A stretch of DNA of 64,000 bases from Raillietiella orientalis. Its lineage: Eukaryota. This document shows positions 38,701 to 53,700 of this stretch, one piece after another. The DNA lies in assembly GCA_036172245.1 (NCBI GenBank), contig JAYWIR010000004.1, positions 5,828,001 to 5,892,000 of the forward strand, in the 5' to 3' direction. Every line of letters begins with the position of its first letter. The first letter of the stretch is position 1. Below the pieces are notes generated by a model that was given only the letters and a program-made list of their open reading frames with translations, was not told the origin of the DNA and searched no databases. The position numbers and the translations under genes are program-made.

Positions 38701-41700
38701 TACTACCTTCATAATACAATGGAATGCTTCCATTATATATGTAATTACAATATTAACCATTCTAACGGAATCCAAGTTCATCCAAAAATCCCTTGAAATT
38801 ATATAAGCGCATATTCACAAAAGTCAGTTGGAAAAGGCAACTATATAGCGTTCCATCCCATGAATCATCCCATGAGCAATTTGCATACGAAGTACGTACT
38901 TCCTCTTGAAATGCGAACTGGATGATCATTGCACAAGAAATGAGAAAAGCTAAATCTGGAACTGCAACCCTGATCTCGATTTTTTAATCTTAGTTGCCAA
39001 AATCATGAACTTAGTTGTGAACGTGAATCCTTAAATTGCTCCGATTGTTTCGAGAAGATTTTGTCAAAACTCCTATAAATGATTCGGGATTCATCCAAGA
39101 CCCTATCCAAAGTTTCCTAGTTTCTAGGAGCAGATAAACGGGGATCACCTAAAGAGAACTGCAGAAGACTGGCTGTATTGTCAGCTTAATGATTTCAGCA
39201 TTCATCATCTCAGATCCCTATTTACTTTAGCAGACATTGAGAAGGAGCTAAATCTACCATATTAAGAGACCAAATTTCTAAGAGCAATATTCGTGTCCTA
39301 ATTTCCTTGTTGTTCATGATTCTGCCTTGTGAATTGGTGCATTGAATTATAGTGTAGTCAAAGTATGTCCATCTATACGTATAAAATACATGAGAAAATC
39401 TCAACAAGCATACAAAAAAATGGATACCTGGGTAAATAATCCGTGCAAGTGTTAAGTGGATTTGCTCATGTATGCAGATATGTTGGGCATATGCAAAAAA
39501 AAAAAAAGTAATGTTATTCTCCCCTTTTCTAAGTAATTTATATCATCGAAAAGAAACGTTCTACACCATGTTAGGAAGATTATCTCTTGCGTTCGCATAT
39601 GAGAAAACATTAAAGGATACGCGATGGATTCTCTTACAAGCTTTCTTTCCATAACTACACAGTTTGTGTGTATAGATGTGATTTCACCAATGCATTTATA
39701 TAGCATAATGCATACATACAAATGCACATACGTGATTTTTCCTAAACATATGACTGTGAAATCATAACTGTCCTAAGGCAATAGAACGTTGCATACTACA
39801 AACGCATTTTCTAGAATGTGAAATAGCCTAGCATGATACAGAAGTCTTTTCACGAATCTGTAAGCAATGTATCCTAAAACTTAGAGCTATGAAAATGTGA
39901 AGAAAATCTTTGGAGCTATGACGAATAGTTCGAACAAGAATAAATCCGCCCGAAACATCTTAAGAAGAAACGGACACATACCTGCTACAGCTTCAATGCC
40001 AAGTTTTTCGCAGTTCTTTTCGATATAGGTCAGCAAGTCTCCATACTCCAGGGGTTCTTCTTTTAACTGAGGGAACAAGTCTGACACGATACCTAAAGAG
40101 CAATGATTTTGTCATTCGCTGTTGCTTGCAAACCATTAAAAAGAATCAAATCATCCTCCAGAAATTTAGGCACGTTAACTTCACGTATTGCCCTTAAACA
40201 GATAAGCTGCTCGTTCATGTTAAGGAATTTTTTCTTAAGGTTTCCTGCAGCTGCTATTACAGTTTTCACAGCTCTCATGCCGAAATCGTAGTGAAACTAT
40301 GCAAAATTCCAAAACTCAATCCAATGAATACAGAACTTCTTTTACCTGATTACTCAATTGTTCTGAACTCAGCTTGAAAGTAGCTACAATCTTGTTGGCA
40401 AGAGCTCTGGAATTTGAGAATCCATAGGAGAAAAGAGACACCTCAGCTATTAAAGCGTAATTCGGAACCATCATAGCCACTGGACGAAATAATGCTTTTA
40501 AATTATCGGGTAGTTCGGTGCGACCAGCGTATCCAGGATTCATTGTGATGAAAATAGCACAGGAAGATTTGAGAGGAATTTCTTCGCCCTCGAACATGAA
40601 CCTAGCAAGCATAGATGTGAAACTGAAGTCAGACAATGAATAAGTCACCGGTCTAGGTGCTGCTGCTGTGCCTTTTGTATCAATGTGATCTGTTGAGCCA
40701 CTACCGACAGCACTTCCACATCAATGCGATTAAATTCATCAAAGCATACCCATGCACCTGTTCTGCAAAGATATGTTCCGCATTTTGGTAGGTACAACAA
40801 GAACTTCTGCCGGCAAAGTGACAGTTTCTTTTCCCGCTTTCATGTATCCAATGCGTAAGGACTTTCCGCAATGTATCTACTATTCACCTTTTCGTTGCGG
40901 ATTCGGAAATTTCACAATGGCACTGCCTTTAACTTGCGATCACGGAATCCAAATGTGTAACAAAAATGATTAGTGAAAACCGAATCTAGCAATCTGTTGA
41001 TTAAATAGGGGTAAAATCTATTGTTTATAAGGTTGTGAAAAGGCAACCGTAGAAATCCAAGGGCATAAACAGAACAATATTAAAAGATTAAAAACAGCAA
41101 AATATAATTATGTGAAATCTATTCATCTGAATAACGTAGAAGATGTTTAAATTAGAAACTCCATTATCAGAGAATTTTTCTTCAAAGAGATCTGAAACCT
41201 TTGTCAGCTCGATACACACAAGTGCTCCATTAGGATGAGTTTTTTTTCTCTCTCTCTTCTCAGAAAAAATGGATGATTAGAATTCTTGTGCACAAGAAAG
41301 GTCTGCCACAAATTGGTCTTCATGAGGTGTACTTATAAACATGTTCATCCCATTGGTTCGAAAATGATTGAGCAAAATGGGTGTTTAACCACTTTAACAA
41401 AGTTGCTTTCTTGTAAGCTCTATGCACATGCATCAAAACCGGTTGACTACACTGACCTGCCATAGCTACTCGGTAAACTGTTGCAACGTCTCTAACTAAA
41501 CACTCTTCCAGGAGATCGCTAAGCATTTGCTGTTCAAAAAGCAAAGAGCACTTTGTTTGAAAGAGTAAAAACAAAAGAAAACATCAAGAGGAAATCTAAT
41601 GCAAATAAATGTGAATTTTAGTTTTAGCTAGTTTTAGAAATAAGCAAATCATAAGTTGTTTTTTTAAATAGGATAACAACTTTCAAAGTAAAAAGGCTTA

Positions 41701-44700
41701 CGTTAAATGTTGATCAAGATGAAACATCGATGAAAGCTTTCATCAATGTTTAGTAAACGTTTAGAATTTTCGGACTACATCGTACAATTCTTCACATCCC
41801 GGATTGCCTCCTATTTCTTTAGAACAAATAAATGAAATTTTGCAGTTTATAAGAGGCTGACATGAGCCGACCGGAACAAAAGGGATTTATCTCGTACATC
41901 GGCATCGTACGAACCAAATATGAATAAAGGACATCAAACATAACTTGGATGTAACAGTTCAATCAGCTCATTGGTTTCAACTGTTGAATCTTTTAATCAA
42001 ATTAGTCACACATCGTTTTGTACGAAGAAGCAAAATGAAAGCCAGAATTAAGAAGTGAAACCTAGCTTATGCAGGTACGGGAGCTCAGAATATATAACGA
42101 CAAATTGTCATAGTCAGCTGCTGAAACAAGCTGTGAAGTAGTGCGCCAACATCATGTTTTGTGGATAATAACATAAAACTTTATCCTTGATTTATAAGAA
42201 ATAAAAGAAATGGTATAATTTGTTCTCAATAAGCAGGTTTGTTTTCAGGAAATGATTTCAGACTAAGATTCTAGGAAGCAAATAGAAAAGAAGAAAACAC
42301 TAGGAACAAGAAAGATGAAAAATTTTGGGTGGCTATCATGCGGATGCCACGATCGTAAAAAAACTTGAATGAGAAAATTCATCAACCTAGCATCGGAACA
42401 TTAGACATTTGTGCAGCGAAAATCTCTATGAGATCTGCTCTATTAACTACTTTCTTTTCATTTCTGGAATGAAGGTGAAAAACCATGTACATGTTTTTAC
42501 ATAGCATGAGAAAAAAAGATCCCCCAAATTACAACCGACTGCAAGTAAACGTTTCGTACGTCACAGATGACTCTACGCTCTTGGAGATTGGAAAGAATAG
42601 GGATCGGTCAGTCTTCCTTAGATAGTTTCTTCATTTTTCCTTTATTTTTGGTTTCTTTATCATCGCAAAGATTGCGAGTTTGAATATTTCTATTTACTAT
42701 GACATGTTCTACGAGGGAAGTCCATGTTCTTTTCTTCTTGTTCCCCATATGAAACCTTCCCAGCATAGAAGGAAGAGTTACGCTTAGAAAGCCTATCTCA
42801 AAACAAATGGAAGGAAAGCATTTCCCTCAGATACAAAAAACAAAAATAAATAAGGTATTGATCTCAGCTTTGATTGACCTCACAAGTTCATGACAGAAAG
42901 ATGTGCGAATCGTTCACATTCACAGTCGGAACGCTCTTTTCATTGTTCTGTGCTATTCGCATATCTGAAAAGCTATGAAGTCTAGGAAACACTCCACAGA
43001 TGAGTAGTAAAAATTTGCCTACTGTTCTCGGAAACATATTATATAGCTCTACACAAACAAAATGGGTAGCAGCTGATAACCCAGTTTTTACAGCAATTTT
43101 CTGGAGGGAAGGCATGCCTTCTAGAGGTTCATTATGAGAGAGCTTCCACTCAAAATATCGACACCAAAGAAGCCTTATGTTGTTATAGATTTGTTTTTCC
43201 ACATAGAGAAGTAAATTACAAAATTAAGGCTTCTTCCCCAAAAAGAAACAGTTTGCCACTTTCCAGAATGAGGAATGGATTGCCTAAAGAAGAAGATAGA
43301 TAGTTTTGAGAGATAACTAGGAAGAGAGAAGCCTCATTAGATTCAACCCATCGTAATAATGTTTAGGAAAAATGGGATGAGTCTACTTTATTGAAATTAG
43401 GAACCTCCAGACATCCTGAGAAGGGGGCAAAAAATTCTCTGAATTGCCCCTGTGAGCTGTTCAAGAGGGAGGAAGGATTCACACAATCAGAAGTTGAGCT
43501 AGTGGAAGAAATGCATTCGATACTGAAAATCAAGGCTCAGAGACGGCTGGATACAAAGAAAGACAAGGGGTTACATGAGCTTGAATTTCACAGACAAGGG
43601 AATGACAAAAAAACGAATGGTTGAAGTAAAAGTTCAAGCTCTGTAGTATCCAATGATGTAATTTACTGGCTACAAAAGTTGTCAGCAATGTGAGGAACAG
43701 AAATTAACAAAGAGCTTTGACAGGATTCAAACCTAGTATAATATTCCTTAGTATCCTCAAGAGGGTGACTAAAAAAAAAAAATGATTGCTAATTAAGAAA
43801 ATAGATTTCCTAAAAACACCAAATCCCCAACAACTAGGCAATGAGGAAAAAAATCAATAATTCCCCTTATATATCATATGTAATAAGAATAGAAAAAGAG
43901 GGAAAGTTCGAAATAGAGAAGTACTAGAAATGAAGTATTGAAAGTGGAAGCCTCAAGGAAAGAAGCCTGTCCTCGAAACCCGAATTGCATTCCAAATGGA
44001 TGAAGAAGAATAGTACAACCGAGAAATGGAAGCATGAGGAAAACCCCAAAGCATCGGAGTAGGAATATCTCTTCCCTGGGTCAGAGGGAGCAAATCGCTG
44101 ACCGATTCCAGCGAGCACTTTCCTAGATGAGACTCTTAGAGCACTAAGTTTTATTTCTGTGATGACTTCGGCATGTAAAGCAGGTAAAAGTTGGATGCGC
44201 ATTATCTTTCCTAGAATCTTTCCCAGAGGAAAGAAGAAAGTGTGACGAAATGGTCGTGTAATTAGAAAGCATGTCACTCCAGAAAGCAAACTCTTAGAAA
44301 ACCAAAAACGAAAACGTGGACAAAAGCCAGCTCGGAAAACGAAAAAAAAAGACAGAATTCTTATGCAATCAGACAAATAGGGAGTTCATCTAGTGGAGCT
44401 AATGGGGTAGGCCCTCTTCTTTCTCCTCACAGAACTATCAAAACCTATAGGCTCAATCAATTTGCACTTCTTTAAGTCGGCTCCCGGGGGACCTTGTGAT
44501 AAAGAGCAGGCAAATTTTATTACACGTTTAAAGAGAGAAATGCATCTCAAGCCAAAGTTTTCCAAGTATAGTCGGGAGCATAATGTAAATCCCCTCGAGT
44601 TATTATTAACAAAAATCTTCGCCAAAGTGCCACGTACACAAAATTTTCTCTTTAAACGCATTCCTTCTTATGAAAAACCTCTAGCTTCTATTTGTTGGTA

Positions 44701-47700
44701 AAACAACACTCTACCTCTAACAGTGGAAGAAGATGCTATTTTTTCTAGAGAATGTTTGTTCTTTTATCAAAGTGTGTACTGTCATCAGTGATTTGGAACA
44801 CTAATTGAATATAGGAACGAACTACAATGCTAAGAGAAAAAAGAAAAAGGTATCAAGAAAAGGGGAGAATGGTTACTGAAAAAGACAGTATCGTTTTCTC
44901 AAGACTTACTGAGTAATTCCTCAAGCTACTCTGGTTGACCAATCGCTTTCTAAAATGACGTCTTCTATTTGGAAACAACCAAAAAGTACCACCTTGATTT
45001 CTTTTCAAATGTTCTTGCTTAACACATTCCACATTTTGCATATGATTGCTTTCTGGGTTTTGAATACATTATTTTTGAGTAGTAGGTGGTGTCTCACATA
45101 AAGGATTGGCAGTAAATGTTAGTGGACGATAGCAAACAGCCTTGTGAATAGCTTTTTGGAGATACCCTCTCCCTTCTGCTGCAGACGAGCGTTTCGTTCT
45201 TCGGAACTGAGGCATAAAAAAGGACAAACCTAGAATTCTCACTGGATCAATTGCGATCTCTGTTTCTAGTCTAAGAACCTCGAGTTTCCTCAGAAGTCTG
45301 CTTTTACCTTATTCCTAGCGTAGAGCGAGCTCGCGGATCCTGCCATTAAACTTATGTCACTTTTGCAGTTAGGAAACAACAACAACTTCCTTCACAAAAC
45401 GACACACATTCACTTGCAAGTGCTTTTGATCTTTTTCCTTGTTTTCCTTACATTCACTGAAACTCGTAAGCATTCGTTGCATCCCTGTATTCTCGCGATC
45501 TGCTGAACCGAAATTCTGCAATTCAGAACTCATTTTCAGCTTTTAATAAGTCGACTCTGGATTTTTATTCAAGATCGGATTCTGAAAGGAAAAATAAAAT
45601 GCTCTACGCTTTCGTTTCTCCGAATCCTAGAAGAATCAAGGGGAAATACGTTGTGGTCACTGTGAATATTTCTGAGCATTTTGTGACTAGCCCCCAATAA
45701 CCGGGAGCTCACCAAGGAAATAAACTCTCAGGCATGTTTCAGTGAAGTTATGTTAACCGATGGGCTTTACTGAGCACAGTAGTTTGTAGTCATGGTGTTG
45801 CTGTTGATTGGAGAGGCTTTGAGCCATCGCCATAGTCGAAAGAACGGTTGAGTATCAATGGAATGAAAAAGAGTAATTCTACTTAAGAGAGTAATGACGG
45901 ATAAGCAAAACACAGCTTCTAGAAACCAAACTGTTGCTTGTTGGAAGAATTGCTTGTCGGAATGAAACTCAAATCAGGAATAGGATAGAAATAATCTAGA
46001 AGATTATGCTAAGCGTTTGAGTATACTTACGACGCAAGACCTTTGAAAAATTTCGCCATGGCCAGGTAGTCTAGCTGGTCTGAGCAGTTGAAGACTACAC
46101 ATTGCATCGCCAGTGCCTTAGCAAAATCCTAGAGAAAATTTACAGTGCGATTACCCTAGTTGAGACCATGAAAAAGATGGTTCTTACTTTGGTAGTTTCG
46201 GTTTTACCAGTTCCAGCAGGTCCGGAAGGTGCAGCGCCAAACTTTAGGTGCAATGCAGTGGATAATGTTAGGTAACACCTGTCGGTCAAAGGTGTGATGA
46301 CTAGACGACCCGTGTTTCCCAAATATTCGTAACCGTATAAAAATTCCGCATCAATCATGTGAACAAACAGGTCATCATTCTTCCAGTAGTATCTAAGCAG
46401 AAAACGATAAATTCAGTTACGTCTTTTCAAGGAACGTTTGCAACTGACCTCAACTGGGAAATCCAGTTGAATTCGTTTGGATTGAGCACATTTTTTTCAA
46501 TCAGATTTGTAAGCACGTCTCGGGAGTGTACCTCCAACACAATGAGAGCAGACAACACTTGATATTTCATAGGGGAGAGTATTTCTTTACTAATTGTTTC
46601 GCGCAGTTCTTCTAACTGAAACGGAAGATGCCCTGCAAAATGTCGTTTAGAAAACCTGCTGAACGACAGTGACGTGATACGCTTCCAAAGCACGAATTTG
46701 TAAAGATTCTTCTACTTTCGCTGTCCAAAACAACTGAGACATTGCTAATACTATCTGACCAGGCCATTCCATAATGAAAGTTCTTCTTTTCACTGGGTCC
46801 AGTTTTCGATAAAATTCCATTGCTTTTTTAATCAATTCTTTCAACGCTTTTCTCATAGAATCTTCCACCTAAGATGTATTTAAAACATTGGAGAAAGAGT
46901 CTATAAACATACTCTGGACAACCATTCCTCTATATTGGTATCTGGATAAAAACCTTGGAGAAAAGGTACCTTTTCATTGTCTGAAGACAACATAGCAGAA
47001 ATCATCATATCATTTTCAAACTCCAGCTAAAAAATACCACAATGAATTTTCTAGGAAAAGAATCCTTGTTTCAAATAACAAGGTGCCACCTACATCGCGC
47101 ACAGACACGTAACACTGTTGAACACTGAGGTTACTGGAAAGAAAAAAAAGCATTCTCAGAATTTTAGAAAGAGCGTTTCCAAAGGAAAGAGGCGATTAGT
47201 CTATGAGTTTCCTCACTGTCATCCTAGGTTGTCGAACTTTTAATACATCTCTGCGAAAACCGATCGGCATACTCAATAAAATGAAATAAGTTTCATAATC
47301 AGTAACAATGCAAATTACATGGAGTCTGAGATGTTTCCAGAGATGGAAACTTGAAAACGGAATTCCAAAAACAGAACTCTTTTAAATCTCTCGGGCTCAA
47401 GTTCAGTGGTATTTCGGATCGATGACTCAAAGCTGTCTGTGGTTTCAACTGAAAGTAGGAAGTAGATGGAAGCACTGAAGAAACGCGAGAGAGATCCAAC
47501 GGTAGCATAAAAGAAAATTTGAATCCACTCTTCCACCCCTCCACGCTTTCAAGTCGCATATGGAATAAATTATTCTTCTGATAGGGCAATTGTGAAGTTG
47601 TGATCAAAGAAAGTAAATTGATCTGTTTAGTGGGGGGGGGGGGGGGGGGTACTTTCGATTCGAACTCATCCCATAAGAACCATGAAACGATATACATCTT

Positions 47701-50700
47701 ATCTTCATTATGCATACTTATAATAAGACAATAGAATTACGCAAAACGAAAACTTAAATAAACAGTCATTTGTTTCTTCTTTTCTTTCATTTCATACTGG
47801 TATCTCGTTAAAGACAGCGTCAATCATTAGCCTGTTCTAAATACACCAGTTAGAAATTGTCCGAGAACACATACACAAACAAACAAGCAAAGGAAGGAGG
47901 AAATTCACAGCATTATTGCGTGCAAGACAAGAAATGAATGTTTGGAAACAGTTCTGAAATCATACATGGGACTGAAGACCAAAACAAACAGGTGACAGAT
48001 AAAAGTTGCCAGATCACAAAGCATGAATGCACTCGATGCTAGATGTGGAGTGAATTTCTGACTTGTCATCCAACAACAAAGTTGGATGACAAACCAAAGT
48101 TTTGGCTCAAGTAGTCTCTAGCTAATTATGAGGACCTTGTGGTACTTGGTGAACAGACCTATTAACTATCACTTTTTAAGCCGATTTCTAAAGCAGCTGC
48201 TTACATTCGGGATTCAATAATCTTCGAACCAAGATTTGTTTTGGGAGTATTAGATTAAAGTAACCACACTGACTGTTTTGACAGATTTACGTTGAAAGCT
48301 TCGAAAAAATCCTTGCTGAAAGCAAAGGATTTTAGAAGAGCACATTTTCTTAGAATCCACAACTCTCTTTTATATGTGACGGAGAAGATGAATGTGATAA
48401 ATCACAGAGAATTCCGAATGGTTAATGCATAAAATGTGACCTTAATTGTTTTTGTACTTCTACAGCTTGTTCTCTATAGTTTCCAACAGTATTACCGCAT
48501 AAATATTTTCAAAGCATTTTCGAAGATGTGGCTGAATGCATGTAGGGTCCTCAGTTTGGGATAAGATTTGGAGTAGTTCATCATCACTGAGGAAGTAAAA
48601 GCGAGGGAAAAAAGTTCTCTTTGTTTCCAAGTATTCAGCTAATCCTTTTTGTACCAACTCTAGGACTTTGTTGCATTCTTTAAGCTGGTCCAACAAACGG
48701 GTATTTGGAAGAGCATGAATTATCTAAAGAAGAATAGAAAGCATTAGAATATAGAAATCCTGACCAGAGTATCTCTCAGAATATCATTTATTATTCTCTT
48801 CCAGATACGACTGATAGTCAGATATTTTTTAGTTTCCATAGGTAGTTTTTCGTTGATATCTCTGCTAGCGAAGATAGGCTGCAAATACAGCCAAGATCTA
48901 TAAAAAAAGAAAGTACTTTGACTCTATAAGCATAAAAAAAACAAAATCTGAGGTATAAAAAACATTCATTTGAATAGAAAAAATCCTAATTTTTGGCAAT
49001 ATCCGTGGAAGATTCAGTCTTTCATTGAAATTCTATTAAAAAAATTTTGGTCCTTAGTTCCCTGAAAAATGCGTCAACGAAGATTTGCTTTTTATCTATT
49101 GAAACCTAGTTTCAGTAAATATGGTTCTGTGAGTTTATTGAATTGTTTTTGAGTTTAATGAATTGTTCTTTCTTGAAAAAGTAACCAGAGAATTGTTCTG
49201 AAATTGGACGAATAGGTGGTGTTTAAAATCGAATACGAAGTACTCGTACTTCGATTTTAAAACTTCGAAAATTTCGAAAACTTCGAAATATTTCATGTGT
49301 TCGAATCTTACCCTAAGGAATATTATACTGAAAATTTAGATCTGCTCCTTCATCAGTGAGGAAATAAAGCATTTAGTGCTTTCTAAAGAAGGAAGCAAAA
49401 GAGAAAAAAACAAAATCAAGTAAAAGCCATCAATAGCCATGGATTCCTACCATGCTTGTTTGAAGGGAGGAAAAAGCGTGATAAGTAATTGCACGATCAG
49501 ATTTTCAACAAACCTCTGGCATGCCGTATATTCCTCAAAGATCCGCTGCATTAAATGGAGCTTTTGGTCCCATGCTGTAATACGATCTTCGAAAGGCGCT
49601 TTGTAAGGACTGTAAGAGATGGATTGTATCATCATGAGATGATCGTCCATCATTTGCACACATTCATCGTTCATTTTAATGATGGATGCTCCTATGAAAC
49701 ACTGCTTTTAGATTAGGAAATCAAAACACGTCTGTACCTGTGTCTTTGTAAGGGATGAGTTCCAGATATACATTGGACCAATCTTTATCCACCTTGTCCA
49801 AGACTACTTCCACAGAATATTCTTTCCCAGCCAAGTCCGCGATATCCGAAATGACTTCCAAGTAATCCATAAGCCCTATTTCTAAGCATTTATCAAGAGA
49901 TAAATTGGCTTTCATTATAACGGGTTTGCCGATTTTTTCAGATAGGAGCTCCCAATGCCTTGCTCTCATTCCCGGATTTCTCAACGCTTTTATCAAAGGC
50001 AAATATGGCAAAAAACTCTCGATTTTCATACGTATCGCTTGTGGAATGTGGATGATTGCTGCAATGAAACCAATTTCACCTCAATTTGGCCGGAAAAAAA
50101 AAGATATCCGCACAATGTTCGGTTCTTGCCGAATCTCGAAAAATTATCAAGTTCTCAGAAAAAGGAACAGTTACCATGAGAGAAAACGGAATATAAAGTT
50201 AGAGATAAGCTCACGCTATGATGTGTGCAGCATTTACTTATAAAAACCCGCATGCCTTCGAGCGGTATGCTTTTTGAAAGCATATTGCTCCAAGTCCCAT
50301 GCATGAGGAGTGATGAATCATTAAAATCAGGTAAACTCAAAGGCCACCTTACTATATGAGCATGTTATTTGAGAAATGTAAAAAAAAAAAAAGCTGATAA
50401 AGAAGATTACTATTACTTCTAACGTTTGCAAATATCTTGCATAGTTGGTTGACGCTCTTGTGAGTCTCCTGCAAATTGTGTTCTAATACCGAGTAATCGA
50501 TGGTCATCAAAGGATCGGACAACCAGCTGGTCTGCCATTTTAACCAGTCTAAAGAGACCATACCGAGATCACCAGTTTATGACCATGAGCTTTACCAGAA
50601 GTAGTAATCCACAGAAGCCTATATATTTCGAAATCCTTCAAAATTTTCGTAAGCAATTCATAAGGAGTTACATCAATATTGAATAACCGTTGACGACTAT

Positions 50701-53700
50701 TTAATTGCAGCGCTTGATCTTGGCATTCCTTTAACTGCTTCCATATGCGTCGAACCTCACTGGCAACCTCATGAGCCTGAAAGAGAATTCATACTTGCAT
50801 AGTTGGGAATACCTGTGTTCCAAATTGATATAAACCTACCTTATTGATATCAGAATGAGCGCTAAGTCCAGCAACAGCTAGTGCCATAACATCCAGACGA
50901 TCTAAGAAATTCGTGTGTTCTAGCAAATGCTGTTTCAGATAGTGAGCTTCTTCTTCTTCTAAATTCTTAAGGCACATGGCAGATGAATTTTGAAGTTTTT
51001 GAGGATAGCTCTTCATGGCCCATTTGGTATTGAAATCATCTTCCGACAACAAGTACAGAAAACGGTTCAACAAATCGTATTCCTACAGAAATCCAGGTCT
51101 GTTTTGTCTATTTTTCATGGAAACCCTACCGGATTCAGAGCTGCCGTACGAGCTTCCAAAATCCTGACATGTTCCGGCAGAACACTAATAAACTCTCTAA
51201 TCGATACAATATTTTCGATGGATTCAACCTTGCTAAATATTCTATTTTGCATTTGCTTGTATTCTCTAATTATCTGAAAGTCAATCGTAATTAGTTCTAT
51301 ATCCTTGAAATTTTTGATTTGTCTTAATTAGCTCTCACAAAGTCACCCTATTTTGAAATATTCTGCTTTCATGATAAATACTCATTTTCTCTCAAACAGC
51401 ACCACGCTTCATCTATCAAGCCGAAAATTCATCCTTTTTCAAACTTCAATTCTTCAATGCCCAGAACTGGATACTGGATACTCTGCGAACTGTCCCTTCC
51501 TCACTGAATACTGTTCAATTAAGAATCTTTATTACACTGCTGATTCATCAGAACAAATCCTCGAGTTTCCCATTAAATTATTAATTCAATTTTTGCTAAC
51601 TACTGCTGGTTGTCTGTGCTTGTGTATCTAGTTAGGAAGATGAAATTTACCAATGAAACATCCGAATGTATACATGATTGGCTTTAATCGATCATTTTAT
51701 CGTTATTCTCTTGGAAGTTTTATCTCTTTGAGTCGTTGTTTTTGTTGTTGTTTCCTATCCACTTGATGTTCACAGCTCTGTTTTCGATTCACTGCGATTC
51801 TCTTCGAGGAACGGAATAAGGAGTGGTTGACAGAAAAGTGCTTTTTTTTGTTTGCTTGTTAGTTTTTACGAAAATTCTTTTTTTGAAAGCAGAATAATGC
51901 TTGTTGAAAAAATCTTGAAAGTGTTTCTTTCAAAAAAAACGAAGTTACACAGCTATTTGATGTTGCCTGCACTACAATAAGGGGAAAAGAATAAACCAGT
52001 CTTCCGATAAACCAGGATAAACCAGAATTCGCTAATCGAAATCTTTTGATTGCATGAAATCTTTTAAGCAAGCCATCTAGATTTTGCTAATATACTCATG
52101 AAGTTGATGAAACTTGAAAAATAGTGGGAATTGAATGAGCCTCTCCTCATATACTACGGCTTCTTTCAAGTCACAAATGCGATTAATTTATGCACCGTTT
52201 CAACACGTTTCCATGGATCTTTATTTCAAGAATTGAAAACCTCAAGACAAAAGGAAAGTAAAAAAAAAAGGAAAATGATATATCTTGAACAATATTAGCC
52301 TCCTTCCCTAGAGGAGTAGGGAGATAGAAGTGATCTTCGAGTGCAATGAAAATGAACACTGATCAAGATATTTTGTATTTTAACGGGCACATGCATTGCC
52401 TTTTTGAACTTGAAGAAAAACAACCATCAAGTAATTTTGCTGGACAAAATGATTGCTATGAATTATAATTGGGTGTAAACAGAGAACATAACTCTTCGGG
52501 CTTATGCATTTGCAGAGTGGATCTCAGTAAATAAAACGAGGACACAGTAACAGCGCGAGAGGCGTTTTTTTTTTTTAAAAGAAAAAATGCACATTGGATG
52601 CTTCAAGCAGGGTACTGATTCTCAAGTTTGAAGGCAAGAAAGGAGAAAACACTTTTATGAGCCATTTTCGAGGATGTGAAGTATCACATTAAACTGATAG
52701 GGAAAACCTAATATCATCAGGACTCAAGTGGCTTTCCGAAAGTGCTGAAAGCTAATCATTGAAAAGATAAAATTTTCTGCTCATCCCTACCTATTGAGAC
52801 ATTCAATCTTCAACGGAGAGAGCCAAAAACACATTGTTGCCGTGATCAATGTCTTTCACAAGAAACTAATATGATTTCTTCTCAGAATTCAAGGGAAGGC
52901 AATAGCTCGACTGATCATTTGCAGCATCATAAATTGCCACAAGAGAGTTAACATGCCCAACATCTAAACGAAAGAGACGATCTTCCCCTAACACACTGAA
53001 GTTTCTCAAAGCAAACATTAAAAGCAAAAAACTGATCTCAGATACTGAGACGAAATGACCTGCAAAAATGCATTCAGTAAGGGAGAGGAACATAGCTGCC
53101 GTAATAGAAGATAAAAGACTTCATCAGAAATGCTCGGCTTATTTTAAGAACTATAAGAATGTATAAATAAGAGGAGATAGTCATTCATAAACACTACCCT
53201 CTGCTGAGAGCCTCCAAGCTTGATGCTTTTGCCGATGATCCCACGATTCAACCATGAGGAGGAGTTGGAATGCCTCATATATGTAGCAGTTTATCAAGAA
53301 CAGACATTGAAGACGTGAATCTTGTTAAATATCGAAATTATCATGTTGGAAAGCGGGTGGCTGATGTCGTTTGCTGGATGAAATGTGTAAACGAGCACCA
53401 CTCAGACATAAAACGAAAAACTGCCTCGAGGATTTGGACAACTTCGATCACTGTGGCTGCACGAGTTCTGTGTGCGTAATCCCTTAGGTCATGCATCAAT
53501 CCTATTCTCAAATTCTCTCTTATCCTTCAATTAAAGAGAAAGCATGCGGATGACAGATGTCATTCTCTGTTCATGCTTCGGATGTAATTAAAAATATCCT
53601 TGTGGAAGAAAAGCTTATGTAACGGGAGGAAAATTTCCTTGAATATCCGTGAGATTATATATCTGGCTTTTACATTATATATATTTTTTCGCTCATTAAC

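Noticed and set aside
43391..44700. Purine-rich broken frames faintly like a LINE (FTQSEV...LKIKA)
   Set aside because: No RT or endonuclease motif recoverable; too weak to call.
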